DNA of 64,000 bases from the human T2T-CHM13v2.0 reference genome, Homo sapiens (GCF_009914755.1 NC_060926.1), one strand, 5' to 3'; shown: positions 13,921 through 29,595, counted from the stretch's first letter. Made by a program: numbers and translations. Notes: generated by a model not told the origin, from the sequence alone.

Positions 13921-14780
13921 AAGATAAATAGTGGGCCCTAAACTAGAAATTCTGGCAAGGTGGAAACCTCAGGTACAATTCTAAGCCTTTTGAAGTTGTT
14001 AAAATGGAAAAAAGCTAAAATTGACTAAGACCTAACAAAAGATACCACATAGACAGGGGATCAAATTGTCAAATATGTGCAGTGAAAAGAAACCACAGGG
14101 AGAGACAAAGAGATGCAAGTAGACCAGGTTCTCTGCCCTTGGATCTTAACACATGCAGTTCTTCCCTCCAAAAGGAGACCAGAGACAGCACAAAACAACA
14201 AGCATGCAGAGATGGTTTTGTGACAATTACAGCATCTGTTTAGGCAAGGGGACTCTATCCAAGAAAACCTCCCAGTTCTTCCTACACCAGCCCCTAGGAC
14301 AATTATCAAAATTGTTATTGGCTTCAGGTCTGTCATGACAGTGTGACCAAATGATCCAATTGGACGGGGACTGTCCTTTTAGCTGGAAAACTCCCACTTC
14401 TTACCTTGACAGTCAATGTAATCAACAGAACCTCTTTTCACACTCACATTTTTCCTGTTTTGATATGTCCACCCCTTAAAGAAGGTCTGTAGCAGGAATG
14501 GTCATGTTTCACAGTGAGAACATTCTATATCATGCATATGTAATGGAAACTATAAAGGGAGCATTTTAGTCCTCCTCCTCCACCAGGAGTTTTCACAAAC
14601 AGACCTCATTTAGGTTTTCTGCAAGACATCAGCTCAGCAGCCAAGTGTAATGATGATATGAACCACCACGTGCCGGACATCCTTTGTCCTGGGCACTGTT
14701 CTGATGCTCTGCATAATTCTACATGCTCTACATGTAATTGGGGAGTACATCAGGATCCAGTGGAGGCAGAACACAGCAGC

Positions 14781-14860
14781 AGGTGCAAAGTCCTGCCCTG
14801 GCATCAGCCTTACCCCAGGCTGACACACCCACCCCACCCATCCTCCCAGGTTTATAAGCT
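14781..14860 (+). promoter_or_regulatory. SULT1C3: SULT1C3 proximal promoter: HNF4-type DR1, CACCC boxes, TATA-like box
   Basis: AGGTGC-A-AAGTCC at 14781-14793, CACCC repeats at ~14826-14840, TATAA at 14853-14857, about 30-35 nt upstream of the inferred TSS. Confidence 0.55.
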
Positions 14861-14889
14861 CTGGACAGTCAGCACCATCCTCACCTGCT

Positions 14890-14995
14890 GTGCTCTTGCT
14901 TGCACAGTGTCCTGGAGCTGGACCTGGCTCTGGGTTTCCAGGAAGCAGTTTGACTAAAGGCAGCAAGCTGCTTCCTCTGCTGCCTGAGATACCAG
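14890..14995 (+). other. SULT1C3: SULT1C3 non-coding exon 1 (start approximate)
   Basis: Strong donor CAG|GTAAG at 14995/14996 downstream of a TATA-like box, 7.1 kb before exon 2; agrees with my recollection of a ~0.1 kb non-coding first exon about 7 kb upstream. Confidence 0.7.
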
Positions 14996-16556
14996 GTAAG
15001 CCTCACCCTCTTAGAGACTCTCATCCTAGTGTCTGACGACCACCAGGCCCTGGAAAAGGGTCGGGATATTCAACCCTTGTTAATCATATAAAAAATAGCT
15101 TTGGAGCCTTTAGACTTTGCAGCTCCAAATAAAACTCAGGTAAGTCGTGAACTGAATGCCTCATGCATCTTCAGATGGTATTGGGTCCTGAGGTAACACT
15201 GAAGCAGAAGTCTAACTCTATTTAGATATCTTTCCCTGATGGTCTGAAAGAATGAGATGCTAAATGCATTCAATAATTTTGATTTGATCTTTAAATACCT
15301 GTAACCCTATTGCAAATAGTAGAGTGAATATAGCAATTCCCATAAGTGTGGTGCAGTAGATAATTTCCATCTAAAATTTTACTTACCAAGATATAGAATT
15401 TCCCTTTGGGGGTCTGTGAACTTTCTTAGTTTTATTTTCCCAAACAAAGAAACCTCCAGATTATGGGTGGGCACCCTACTTACTTTTATTACCTGGCAGA
15501 ATTTGCAGGATCATTGCCCAGAACTAGCATATTGATTCAGATTTTTACATTACCCATCCCTTTTTGTTTCTTCCAAGCTGTAGGAGATACCACTTGATTC
15601 ACAGGAATAAGCAGGGTTCGTCTAAAATGTAGGCAAAAAGCTTCAAAACAATGAAAGAGACTAGAATTTAATGACAAATATATGATAACATTTGGAACAC
15701 AATTTCTCTCTCCAGTACTCATTTTTGGTAAAAACAAATTATGATAAGACCATGTGTGCTGTGGGTAGAATACACTATAGTCTTATACTTGGCCTGATTA
15801 TTTGCATAATGTGCAGCAAGAATGGTTACATCTACATATGCCTTTTGGATTGGCTTTGAAGAAACTGTTCCACAAGGAATTTCAGATAAGACATTTAAAG
15901 CCGAGCCCAGCCATGGTTCGTATCCTCCATGAGTTGTGTGAGTCTTTCTCTTGAGTTCCCAAGATCAACATGGAGTTAGTTCCCAGACCTGTTAGAAAGT
16001 GACATTCCTGACTGACCAGAGGTTAGGAACCCTGTGCCACACTGTGTAGACAAGGTATGAGGCCAGCTCTCCCCAAGAGGCTTTATTGGCTCTGCGTGTC
16101 ACGCTTGATTCCTCAAAGGGAAACACACCCTTTCAGTCAAAGCATATGTAAAATAACCAGTTTTTCCAATTGTGTCCTGTTGACAAAGAAAAATGGATTA
16201 TTGTCACACTGATGCAAACAACTATATTGCCGTAAGTTAAGAGTACTCATAGATAGTCTCCTAATTCTAGAGGAACCAGGCAGAGAAAAATAAACATGCT
16301 CCAAATTTGGTTCACAATATGTACCTTACTCAATTATTAAAAGCCATAAATAGTTAAAAATAAGTTTACTTGATGATACAAAATAAAACAAGCATCAGCA
16401 ATATTCCAAGCAAAAGTTTAAAAGCTTGCTTTAACTTTTTGGGTGCAGTCCACTTAGTTAACTCTTGTCTTGCTTGATATTTAAGGAACAAAGCAAGAAA
16501 ACAATTGTCTGTGAATGACAAAATTTCCCGGATAGTTACAGTTAAAAACATGACTG

Positions 16557-16873
<317 letters not shown>

Positions 16874-18261
16874 TTAGTAAGCGATTTTAATTATATACCA
16901 GGTGTGGATCCTAGGACCCAGACAGAAACGCAAATAAAGTTTGACTTTTCAGTATCTAACTCCATGTGTCCCAGGCCTTACTTATCTGTAAAGCAGGCAA
17001 TATACAACCTGGGAACATTTAGCAACCCTGGTATCTAAGTTATATGATTCAGACCACCTATTTGCATTTTGACGACACTTGTATTCTACCAATAATTCTT
17101 AAGAGTATTTTTAATTCTTAAAGCCATGTGAACTAAAAACGTATTTGATTTAAGCAATTATTTTTCTTTAAGCCAATCAATTAGAGCTCTTTTTGCAGAC
17201 ATTACACACAAAACATATATAGCAGCACAGACAGAAGATTCAGCACTTGTTAAGATTTTTCATTTGCCAGTTTTTTAATTGGATTACTGGCTTTAGGGTG
17301 GAGCCCTTGGAGGAGCAGGGTCAGGTACCATGCATTTTTTAGTGCCTAATAAGCAGACACAGCTGAAGGCAATTAGCCCATCCCCCCATAGAAGTCTTAT
17401 TTTTTAGTGGAGGGTGGGGATGTTTTCATACCTTTCAGGTGGCCAAGAGCATGCTTCTCTGATTTATTACTACTCCTAGCCGTCCCTTACAGTGTATTTT
17501 CTACCTGGTTATTAAACAGCAAATCTCTCTCATAATGTGAAGTAATGTGAAACCCCCAAAACATAAACAGTATATAACACAATACATAACAGAACAGAGT
17601 CTTTGATTTTGAGAGGAAACTATCTACTTTTAATTTTGGGGGTTTCGTGGGAAAAACAGAGGGCTTTTTATTTTCCCAAAACAGGGTCTGTGGCACCTCC
17701 TCTGTTTTTCCCAAGGAGTCCCATGCTACCAGAAGTTATCTTTGGGCCTCTCATGCATGCATTAGGAGTGGTAAGACAAAAAATAGAGAAAAATAATTCA
17801 GTCGACTGAGAGGAAAAAAGGCTTTTTCCAGAAAAACTTTTAAATATACCTATAACTTGAATATCCATTTTTAATTAAGCTGAGCACTCTTTAAGAAAAT
17901 CCTTTTAAATCCCTTTTTACTCGACTTTAGCCATGCCAAGCAGTTAAGATTTTTGACTTTTCAATTTTACAAAAAGTAACCTTACAGGTGAAACCAATGA
18001 GCCTTAATTAGGTTATGATTTAACCGTGAGTGTGCAAGGCATTTTCAAAGGAGGGTAAGCAGCTTTTGAAACTATCATTGCAAAATTGTAACTGAGACAG
18101 TGAAAGACATCTGACCCAAACAGCTCCATTTTGTTTCCAGCGCCCGAGCTGTCCTTGCCCATCCCTGGGGACAGGCTTCACCAACTTTGGGAGGAACCTG
18201 GTTTACAGTTTATACTTTAAAACAAAGATGGTAACAGCTCCTTCTTAAGATATGTTTCCAG

Positions 18262-18557
<296 letters not shown>

Positions 18558-20509
18558 GATATACTTCCCTCTTGCCTGGGAACAAGACCAAAAAACTAGC
18601 CAGAAGTCTTGAAACCATCCCTTAGGAGTCATGCAGCAAGAGACTATGAGATTTTGACCCTCCCTAAACTGCTTTCAAGATCAGTGCTTAAGATATTTTG
18701 TAAACTCTACCCTTGATGAATCAGCTAGCACCACCCGATTGACAAACTGGCTTATATGATTTTTTGGCCCTTACTCAGGAACTGACTTAGCACAAGAAGA
18801 CAGCCACCATTGTAAAAAGGCTGAGAGTAAAGTATATTATTGCCATGTAGTTACAGGTCATGTATCCAGACATGAAACAAGATGGAGGCCTGTGGCCAAG
18901 TTTGTTACTATTATGTTGGGCTGGCTTGAACCGCAGACTTGTGGGGTCCTGGGCCTGCATCCTAACCTAAGGTATCTTTTCTTTGACAGAACCATACAGA
19001 AAGACATGCAAAGCACACCAAATTGTCTACAGCTTAAGATCAACAAAAATCCTTTTTCATTAATTATAAATTCACAGAGAATATAAACAATGATCCTTAT
19101 TATCCCCTTTACTGGCTCACACAGGGAGAGAGAAGCCAAAAGCCCAACTGGTAAGAAATTTTTACCCTTTTGCCAGCATATCACACTTCTGGGTTCCCTT
19201 CCCCCTAGCTCAACTCTAAGCCAAGCATTTTTAAGTTTGGAAAATTAACTTTTCCCAGGTTAAGGGGACATTATAAAAGAGATAGAACCATTATAAACCA
19301 TAAAAGAAGAAAAAATACTACAGAAAGGAGTTCCAATTACAGTTGTTATGAGGTATCGCCTCTCTTCCTATTGGGAATGGTGTTTTGCCTATATTTTTGC
19401 CTTCCCTATTTTTTTCTTTTCCATTTTGGCACACTATAGGAGACATATTACTTATTTCCAAAATTCTCATCTGCTTGCAGAGCTGCCTATTTTAGCTACA
19501 GTTAGGGTTTGGCTTAGGAGCAGCATAACTTTCCTCCATGAGAGGGAAAATAACTGAGTTAAATTTTGGAAAGCTTCTATATAGCTATCAGGGTGGTCAG
19601 AAAATCAGCCTAAGTCTGCCTTTACTTGTCTAAAGTCCTGCAATGAGAAGGGAACTTGAAGGCACCCCCAAATAAGGGAATCCTCAGGTGGTTTCCCAGG
19701 ACCTTGCTTTTCTAATTTTGGGGAATTATTCTCTTTGGGCCTGCCTGATATGATTGCTAAAAGAGCTGGGTTGATTTTGCAACACTTGCAAAGGTCTAGT
19801 ACAAAGGCCACACTCTTGTGCAAAAGAAAATAAGCCACTTTTTCTTCAAAGTTTCAAGGATGAAGGAGTCCCAGTGCTTCAAAATACACTCCAGGGGAGT
19901 GCATGTTGAAGATGATCTGTTACCCATCTAAAAACAGAAGTGAGAATAAAAGTGTCCTTTTAGTCTCCTTCCTTTCGGTATTGTGATCAAGGATGGAGAA
20001 GAAAACAGTAGAGGGCATTCCTCAACTATTTTCTGTCTTTGGCTCCTGAATCCTGGCACCCATTTAAATGTGCCACCCATGACTGCAGACATGACCCTAT
20101 AAGTCATGGCCCCAGAGGAACTAAACTTTTGGGCCTTAGTCATACTGTCCACAGGCAGTCTTAGTCTTCTGCCTTTTATTTCCCTTTGACCTCCTAGACT
20201 TGTGTGGCCTGCGTGCCTTCCAAAAAAAAAATGAATTTCAAGAAAAATCACATAATTGGGCAAGGCCCCTTTAAGGGAGGGAGCATGCTAGATTGAACTC
20301 TATATCCTGCTATGATGGCCTATGCTAAAGCATTTACCCATAGAAAAAGGGTTCTGGTTAACTACCAGACTTAGAATCCCTTTACTAATTAAGCACTGTC
20401 TGAATAGGAGACAGAATAGGTGCCTTAAAGGAACATGGGAATTGAATGGCCATTTTCTGGCCAATGGGACAATCAAGGAGTAGCTAGGAAGCAGGGTAAC
20501 ACGGTTGTA

Positions 20510-21445
20510 GTAGCTAGGAAGCAGGGTAACAAGACCCTAGGCTGCACACAACGCGGGGACCCTGGGTCTAGTCCACAAAACCATTTTTTCCTCCCAGGCT
20601 TCCGGGCCTGTGATAGGAGAGGCTGCCATGAAGACTCCTGACAAGCCCTGGAGACATTTTTCTCATTGTCTTGGAGATTAACAATCAGCTCCTCATTACT
20701 TATGCAAATTTCTGCAGCTGGCTTGAATTTCTTCCCCAAAAATGAGATTTTCTTTTCTATTGCATTGTCAGGCTGCAAATTTTCCAAACTTTTATGCTCT
20801 GCTTCTCTTATAAAACTGAATGCCTTTAACAGCACCCAAGTCACCTCTGGAATTATTTGATGCTCAGAAATTTATTCCACCAGATACAATAAATCATCTC
20901 TCTCAAGTTCAAAGTTCCATAGATTTTTAGGGCAGGGGCAAAAATGTCACCATTCTCTTTGCTAAAACATAGCAAGAGTGACCTTTACTTCAGTTCCCAA
21001 CAAGATTCTCATCTCCATCTGAGACCACAGTAGCCTGGATTTCATTGTCCATATCATTATTGGCATTTTTGTCAAGGCCATTCAACAAGTCTCTAGAAAG
21101 TTCCAAACTTTCCCACATTTTCCTGTCTTCTTCTGTTCCAATCTCTGCCTGTTACCCAGTTCCAAAGTCAATTTTACATTTTCAGGTATCTGCAGTAGCA
21201 CCCCACTCTGCTAGTACAAATTTATTGTATTAGTCCCTTTTCATGCTGTTAATAAAGACATACCTGAGACTGGGCAATTTAAAAAATAACGAGGTTTAAC
21301 AGACTTAAAGTTCCACGTATCTGGGGAAGCCTCACAGTCATGGTGGAAGGCAATGAATGGCAGCAGGCAAAGGAAAAGAGAGCTTGTGCAGGGGAACTCC
21401 CCCTTATAATGGGTGGGGACACAGGCGAACCATATCAGACCCCAA
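20510..21445 (-). mobile_element. THE1/MST MaLR internal 5' part plus LTR
   Basis: ORF 20473-20844(-) is THE1-int-like ('EAEHKSLENLQPDNAIEKK..KFKPAAEICISNEE'); LTR from ~21227 'tgtattagtcc..taataaagacatacctgagactggg'. Confidence 0.8.
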
Positions 21446-21962
21446 CTAAATTCCAAGTTTCCAGAGTTAGTAGACATGAGAGTTTTCAGGTACATGGGTA
21501 CAAGAGAGTTTTTTCTGCTGTAACCCATGACTGATATTTCAAAAATTATTCCATGAATGAAAAAAAAACTACATGAAATTATGTTTTTTGAAGATTTTCT
21601 CTGTGAAAACTATTCAAGAAAATTGAGTATAGAATGCTCCTTAAAACCATTGTTTTGAATTTTCTTCAATGTAATTGTCTCGCTTCTAATTATACAAAAT
21701 AATATCTTGAAGACAATGAAGCAATATATGACACATAACCCATTATATTCCCGATTAACAAGTAATATGGTTGTTAGGTCATGCAGTAGGAAAAAGACTA
21801 TTTGGGTATAAATCTCAGCCCCAACAGGTATTGATTATTTTACTTTTATCAAATTATTTAAACTTATAATGACTTAAGTTTCCACATGTAGAAAACAGAA
21901 AAAACTATTACCTATTTTATGTGGTTGCTATGAAGATTAAATAATTAATGTACATAGAGTAA

Positions 21963-22295
<333 letters not shown>

Positions 22296-23149
22296 TAAAA
22301 ATATTCAATATTTTCACGTGAAATTATTGCATAATCTGTATTGATAAATGAAGCATGATTGGGATTTGGAGAGAAACAATTCCTCATTATGGAGATCTGT
22401 TCTTTGGTGCTGCAGGACATTTAGCATTCCTGATCCCTAGGACAACAATTTCCAATAGCACTCTCTGAAGAGAACAGAAAAGATTTCTAAATGCTTTGGT
22501 AGTAGGGCAGATAATGCTCCCATTCCAGAACCCATAGCATACATCAAATATAAGGTCAACAAATTGAAAGACCTATGGCTTTTTTAAACATCAACCCTCA
22601 AGACAGCCTTCTAAAAGCATGTCCTACTCCAAATATTAATCTATTATCTCAGATATTAAACACAAATTGATTTTCTAATCCTCTAAAGCTCTTGGAGGAT
22701 GTCAGCCATGAATTTTCTGCTCTGTACCAAATTAGTCTCATTCAGAAAAGCCCAATGACTGACCTTGATTTAAAATGCCTTAGATTTCTAATTCTTCTCT
22801 AAAAATTCCTAGACTGGAACACATGCTAGAGTCAATGGGCACACCTAATGCCCAGAACTCACTTTCGATAGGCCATTCTCCATTAAAATGAACCACAGCT
22901 ATTAGGAGAATTGATGATCCCACTCTTGGGAATAGAATATGCAAGGGGAATGTACTACATCTTCTTTTTGAAGGAGTAAGTGATCAGTATATATTCCCAG
23001 AATTGTTTGTTTGTATTAAATGTCTGTAAAAATAAAGCACACATAATAACAAAAAAATTGATGGGGACATGTAGAAGGATACAAGAACCAACGTGAAGGG
23101 GCTCTCACAGTAGCCACATTTGGGACAGTTTGAGCATCCAAAAGAATGA

Positions 23150-26100
23150 TCACTAACTGATTGGGAGAACATTAAATAAAAACCTCCTGGTCAGCCATGC
23201 CGAAGGGACAAGATTGGATGTGTACTCCAGCCATAATAAAAAAGGAAACTGGATAAAATATATGAAACCACTGGTTTCTGACCTTGGATGACAGTTGTCT
23301 CAATCCTCAGACTGAAGATGCTTTCTGAATAGGGTATAGTTATAGGGTGCAAAAGAAAAAGCCATAGCAAACTCATTGAGTTCAAGAGCCAGGTGTAGGA
23401 GTTCTGAGAGGTTGAAGTGGCTGCTATTTGCAGGTAAGAGTACCAGACAGAAGGAAACTACACAAATAAATACCTTTAGATATCTTTAGAGAGGACCCTT
23501 TTAGTTTATTGTTGAATGGTAGACTGCACTTCCATAGAGCCTATAGCTCCATGAGATCAGGCAAGGAACCACCAGAAAACTATTAGCCATATAATTCCTA
23601 GAGATTATACAAGCATGAGAGACTTTTGTGCTCCAATCAGGATAGGATGGACAGAATTTTGGTCCCCATGACATTAGTCCTCTGTTATTACATCTGCCGT
23701 TATTTCAGATTACATTCCCAAAAGGATTTTGCAGTTGCTATTAAACTATCTAATCAGCTGATATTAAAATAGGGAGATTATTCTGGACTATCTTGATGGA
23801 CCCAGTGGAATCATGTGAACAGGAAGTCAGAGAGATGTGGCAGAGGAGAAAGTCTGAGAAATTTAAAGTATAATAAAAGTTCACTGCATGATTATAGATT
23901 TAATGATGAAGAGAGAAAGTATCAACAAAACAGTTATCTCAATACTACAGCCACAAGCAACTGAATTCTGTTGGCATCTAGGAGCTTGGCAAAACACCCT
24001 GAAGTCCCAGATGAGAATGGCAGCCCTAGCTGATACCTTGATTTTAGCCTAGTGAGACCCTAAACAGAGGACTAGCCATGTTAACCCCAATTTCTAATCT
24101 ACAGAAACTATGACCGAATATTCAGGTGTTGTTTTAACTCATGAAGCTTGTGGTAATTTGTTAACCACAAAGTCTTCAACCTAGAATTCCATATACCCAG
24201 TAAAAATAATATATTAAAATATTACTAAAAATAAAGGTCAAAGACTTTTTCTCTGACAGCGAAAAGCTGAATGTGTTGCCCGCACAGCTGCACTAAAAAT
24301 AAATAAATAAAAAGTTATATTAAAGAAATTTATTCAGAGTAACAGAAAATAATAGTATACAAAACTTTATTATCTTTCAACATTCCAGCAACACACAGTT
24401 GGAATATGACATTTTAAAAATACCATTGATAAAATAAATAGCACCTGAAAACATGAAATATTCAGAAATGAACTTAACAAAGCTGTGCATGATTTGAAAG
24501 TGAAAACACTACGGAGAGAAATTGTATAAGACTTAAATAAATAAGGAGGCATACCCTATCTACGGATCAAAAGGATCAATATTTTTAAGATATCAACTGT
24601 TTCAAAATTAATGTATAAATTCAATCTCAATCACAAACTGACAAATTGATTCCAAGATTTCTATGAAAATGTCATTAAAAGCAAATATTTTTGATAGAGT
24701 AAAGTGGCAGGGTTTATATTAACTGATTTCATGACATTTAACTCAGCTTCAACATTCAAAAGACTGTGATACTGTTGATATTGTTGATAGACATAAATAC
24801 TTGACCCTTACTTGGTGCCAGATGCAAAAAAGTCAAAGTGCAATGCATCAGACCTCAAAAAATTAAAATTAAATCTCTAAAACTATGGAAGTATAGATAG
24901 GAGAATAGCTTCAAACTTTAGGTTAGGCAACAATAATTTGGGGAAAAAAATGGAAAGCACTACCCTTTATGGTTTGCATTTAATGTAAATTCAATATAAA
25001 TTAGACTTAATCAAATTAAAACTTCTGTTCTTCTAAAGACCCAGTTAAGAAAATAAAAATATGTGACATAGATGGAGAGAAAATATTCACAATACATATA
25101 TCTGGCCAGAAGGTATAAAGAACTGTTACAACTAAGAACAAAAAACAAAAAAAAAATGTATTAAAGTGGGCAAAAGATGTAAAAATGTATCACCAAAAAA
25201 GCTTTACTATTAACCAATAAACACAAGATATTCAACATCATTTATCATGAGAAAATGTAAATTAGTACTATAATGAAATACCACTACACACCACTTCAAA
25301 TGGCTAAAAACCTGGAAATACTAAGTGTTGATAAGGACACAGAGCAACTGAAATTCTCATGAACTTTTGGGGAGGACCTAACATGGTACTAATGTTGAAC
25401 AGTTTGTTATAAAACTAAACATGCACCTACCACACAACCCAGCAACTCCAATCCTAGAGATTCACCCCCACCCCCAAAATAGAAATCTATGTTCATATAA
25501 AAACTTGTACACAAACACTATAGCAGACTTATTCAAAATTAGCCCAACACTGAAGAAAACCTAAATTCGTATTGTCATATAAATGAATAAACAAATCACT
25601 GCTTATCCATACAATTGAACTGTTCTCAGCAATTAAAAAAAATGAACTACAGATATATACAAGAACATAAATGAATCCCAAAATAATGAGGGTGTGTGAA
25701 AAAATTCAGACACATGAGGACAAACTGTATGGTTTCATTTATATGAAATTCAACAATGTGTAAAACTAATTTGTATTGACAAAAACATAGATCAGCAGTT
25801 CCGTGGAGTCGGAAGTGAGGAAAAGAATTACTGATAGCAACAGACACAACGTTCTACTCTTATCTATGGTAATGGCTACATACATTTGTCAAATTTCCTT
25901 AAACTACACATTTATAACAGGTTCATTCTATTCTATGTAATTTTTACCACACTGAAGTTTATTTCAAAAAACGTGATTCCATAATGATGAAAAATACAAA
26001 AAGAAAATCTTATGTATTATGATTGAAGATAACTGTTATTCATCTCTTAGACTAAAAAGAAGTAATTAAGAGAAAGAATTTAGAGGAATTGCAGTTCTTC

Positions 26101-26930
26101 CCTGATTTATGAGGGAAAGTTCTTTATATGAAGATCTACCTAATAAATAGAGAAGTGAGGGGATTAGAAAATAAACAATTTGAAACCCACAATAAAAATT
26201 AGGTAAAGTAGGATCATTAATGAATGAATCTTAAAATAATTAGATAAAATATGAGGAGAACTGGCTGGTCACATGGTACTGAAATGTCACCACACAGTTT
26301 TATTCCTAAAAGCAAATGGAAATATGGGCCTTTACAATGAGCGACCTGGTGGTCACCTACAAAACTGAATGATGAACAGTAGTATCACTAGTAGTGAGGC
26401 AATCAGACGTATGTACTTCTTGGCATGGTGCAAGAAGTACCAAGCACTGCCTGAGAAATCTGCCAAAAATGTTCGCTAGAACCTAATCAAGACCTGGATT
26501 CCAGTTTATGGGAAATAGAGGAAATAGAGGAACAAAAATGTACTGTGAAGAAATAATCAGACAAATCCAGAATGTGGGGAGTACTATAGGACAGCTGGCT
26601 AATTCGTTCAAAAACCAATGTCAAAGAACAAAAATCAGTATCATTAAGAAAAAATATGGAAAGATGATTCTAAGCTGAGACAAAAAGGATAGCAAAAGTA
26701 ATGCAGCCAATACATCTTAATTGGGCAAAAGTGATTAATAACATTATGATACAATGGAAAAAAATTAACATAGGTTGAGTATCTCATGTTATTAAGGATT
26801 TATTATAAACTAGATGTGATGAGAAACATTTAGTAACCATGATAAGAGAATGTCATATTGGAAGATACAGCATTTTTGGCATGAAGTGTCATAATATAGG
26901 AAATGTAGAAATGGTTCACTCAAACATGAT
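23150..26930 (+). mobile_element. Old L1M fragments with an MLT1 LTR at ~23660-24170
   Basis: L1 ORF2/3'UTR motifs ('aaagtgggcaaaagat', 'aaataccactacacacc'); MLT1 'agggagattattctggactatc..gataccttgattttagcctagtgagaccc'. Confidence 0.65.
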
Positions 26931-26954
26931 AGTTGAGAGATTAAATACTAAAAG

Positions 26955-27060
26955 ATGATAGATAGATAGACAGATAATAGGAAGATAGTAGATACATACA
27001 TACATACATACTTAGATACATAGATAGATACATAGATACATAAAGAAACAGATGATAGAT

Positions 27061-27097
<37 letters not shown>

Positions 27098-27121
27098 GGA
27101 TAGATAGATGGATAGATAGAT
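26955..27121. repeat. Compound (GATA)n/(CATA)n STR
   Basis: Directly visible, about 150 bp upstream of exon 3. Confidence 0.95.
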
Positions 27122-27218
27122 GCAGGTATAATACAACAGTTTTCATTTCTGCCTTGGCAACATTGATCTAATTTTAAAGTGCTCTCATATTGCTGTCTTT
27201 CTTCAAAATATTCAATAA

Positions 27219-27407
<189 letters not shown>

Positions 27408-28225
27408 TAATATGCACGAAGATAGAAAGGACTTTCACTTCAGGATTCCAGAGCAATGTGTACTGTCTCTGATAGAGCATCCGTGGTAGCCAGAAGTAGC
27501 CTGTATCTTTCATGAGGTCTATTTGTTCTCAGGCCAACAATCAAACTCTAGATTGGGTCTTCAGGGCTTCCTCCTGTTCTTAGCTGGTGGCCTTTATCTC
27601 CCCAATAAGATTTTCATTCTCTTTCTCATATTTCTCCTACCCAATGTTACGATAAAGAAGACTCCCTCTGCTTTGTATTCTCCTTCATATGTTTGAATCA
27701 GTGGAAAGGCCAGAAATTAGCAATCAGCTATTGTAAAATAACAGGTGTGATTTCTGAAGAAAAAGGAGGAGAAGTAGGGGGGATATACCGTGGACATTCC
27801 CAGAATTAATTGGGGGAGCTGAAAAGGTTTCCTCAGAGTGTAAAACCCAGTGAATAACATGAAATAAAGACAGACCTCCTAGAGGTCTTTCTTTCCAAGA
27901 ATGACAACCTATTGTAAAAAAATGGATGTAATTTCTGACAAACAAAAGAGAGAGAGAAAAAGAGAAAGGAAAAAAACAACCAGATATATAACAAACATTC
28001 CCAGAATTAATCGAGGGTGAAAAAGAGCTTTCCTGAAAGTCTAAAAGCTGAGAGAATAAGAGGAAATAAGCAAAACTCTCCTAGAAGGTTAGGCAGGATT
28101 GGATGCTTTGTATGTCCTTGTGGATAAAAAATTACTATTTCCAATGGATATAAAACAAAATATAATCACTCTACAGACAAAGATATAAATGGAATTCAAG
28201 TATTTTGGCAGAGTGCCAAGAATAA

Positions 28226-28354
<129 letters not shown>

Positions 28355-28739
28355 TAAAGAGGGGGCTTTTCAAACTTCTCTTAGCTTGGTGATATAAACT
28401 ATACAACTGAAGATATCTTTCAAAATAATATACTTTGAAAAATATTTTCCAAAATATAATTTGCTATTTTTCTTAGATGAAGCACTTAAAATCAAGGATT
28501 ACATAAATTTGAAATCTGCAAACATCCATGTTTTCTAAAATTCATTTTCCTCTAATCCTATTTCATGAAAAATTCTTGGTAAGATTTTCCAAAATTGAGT
28601 CTGTGTTGCTACAAATCAGAGAGTGTATTGGGAGCTAGAATGGAGGGAAACACATTTAAAAATAAAACCCTGTTGCTTTGCTCTGCCAAAGTACTAGAAG
28701 ATATTCTCCTGGCCTCAGAAGCAGAGGTATAGAATCTGC

Positions 28740-29540
28740 TCTTGTCAAGGCTTCCACACCTCCATAATCTACTCAATAAACTAAGCTCAAACCTGTCCTC
28801 ATTTTTATCCCCCTCACCTCTATGTCTGATCTGTCACAAAGTCCAGTTCATTCTTCCCATCCTTCTAATCTGTGCACTACACTGCATCACTACCACCTGT
28901 ACCCAACTCAGCTCACTGCTCTCTTTTGCCTCCCACTTTGTCAGCCTGCCTCTAGACCTGCCCCCTCCAACCCCTCCTCCCTGTAACCTCTACTCTTCCT
29001 AAAACACAATCTGACTGAGGTATTTCCCCACTATAAACACTTCCACAGGTGGACGAAGATGCCTCCATATCCTCTATATGACTTCCATGCCCTTGACAGT
29101 CTGCACCCTGCTCCATCTCCTCCCCAGGGTCTTCCCATACCTGATCCTCACTACAGTCCTCCTGAAATCCTGCAGGTCCTTTCACACATGGAGCATCCCC
29201 ACACCTTCCACATGCTCTCATCTGACTCAAGCATCTCCTCATCTTTACTTGCATAATTCCTACTTGTTCTTCTGGTCTTTTCATAGAGGGCCCCTACAGG
29301 AAGCTTCTGTGACCCCATGGCTGAGTGAGTTTCATGTATCTATATTGGGGTATCTGTGCATGTGTTTCCCCATCATTTTGTTCACCACATTGCATTATAA
29401 TTTTCTCTCTTCTTACCTCACTGATCAGACTGTGAGCTCCTGACAGGCAGGGACTTGATCGTGCCCAATTTGTCAAGGTAAACAGTGTCTGGCACGTAGG
29501 AAGAGTTAACATCTCTGTTCTGCATTTGTTGACTGAATGA
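28740..29540 (+). mobile_element. L2 3' fragment
   Basis: Pyrimidine-rich body ending 'gactgtgagctcctgacaggcagggac..tctggcacgtagg..tttgttgactgaatga'. Confidence 0.65.
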
Positions 29541-29595
29541 TACTGAATTTCCAATCATCACATCACCATGCCCCTCTGTCCTAACCATGTGAGAT

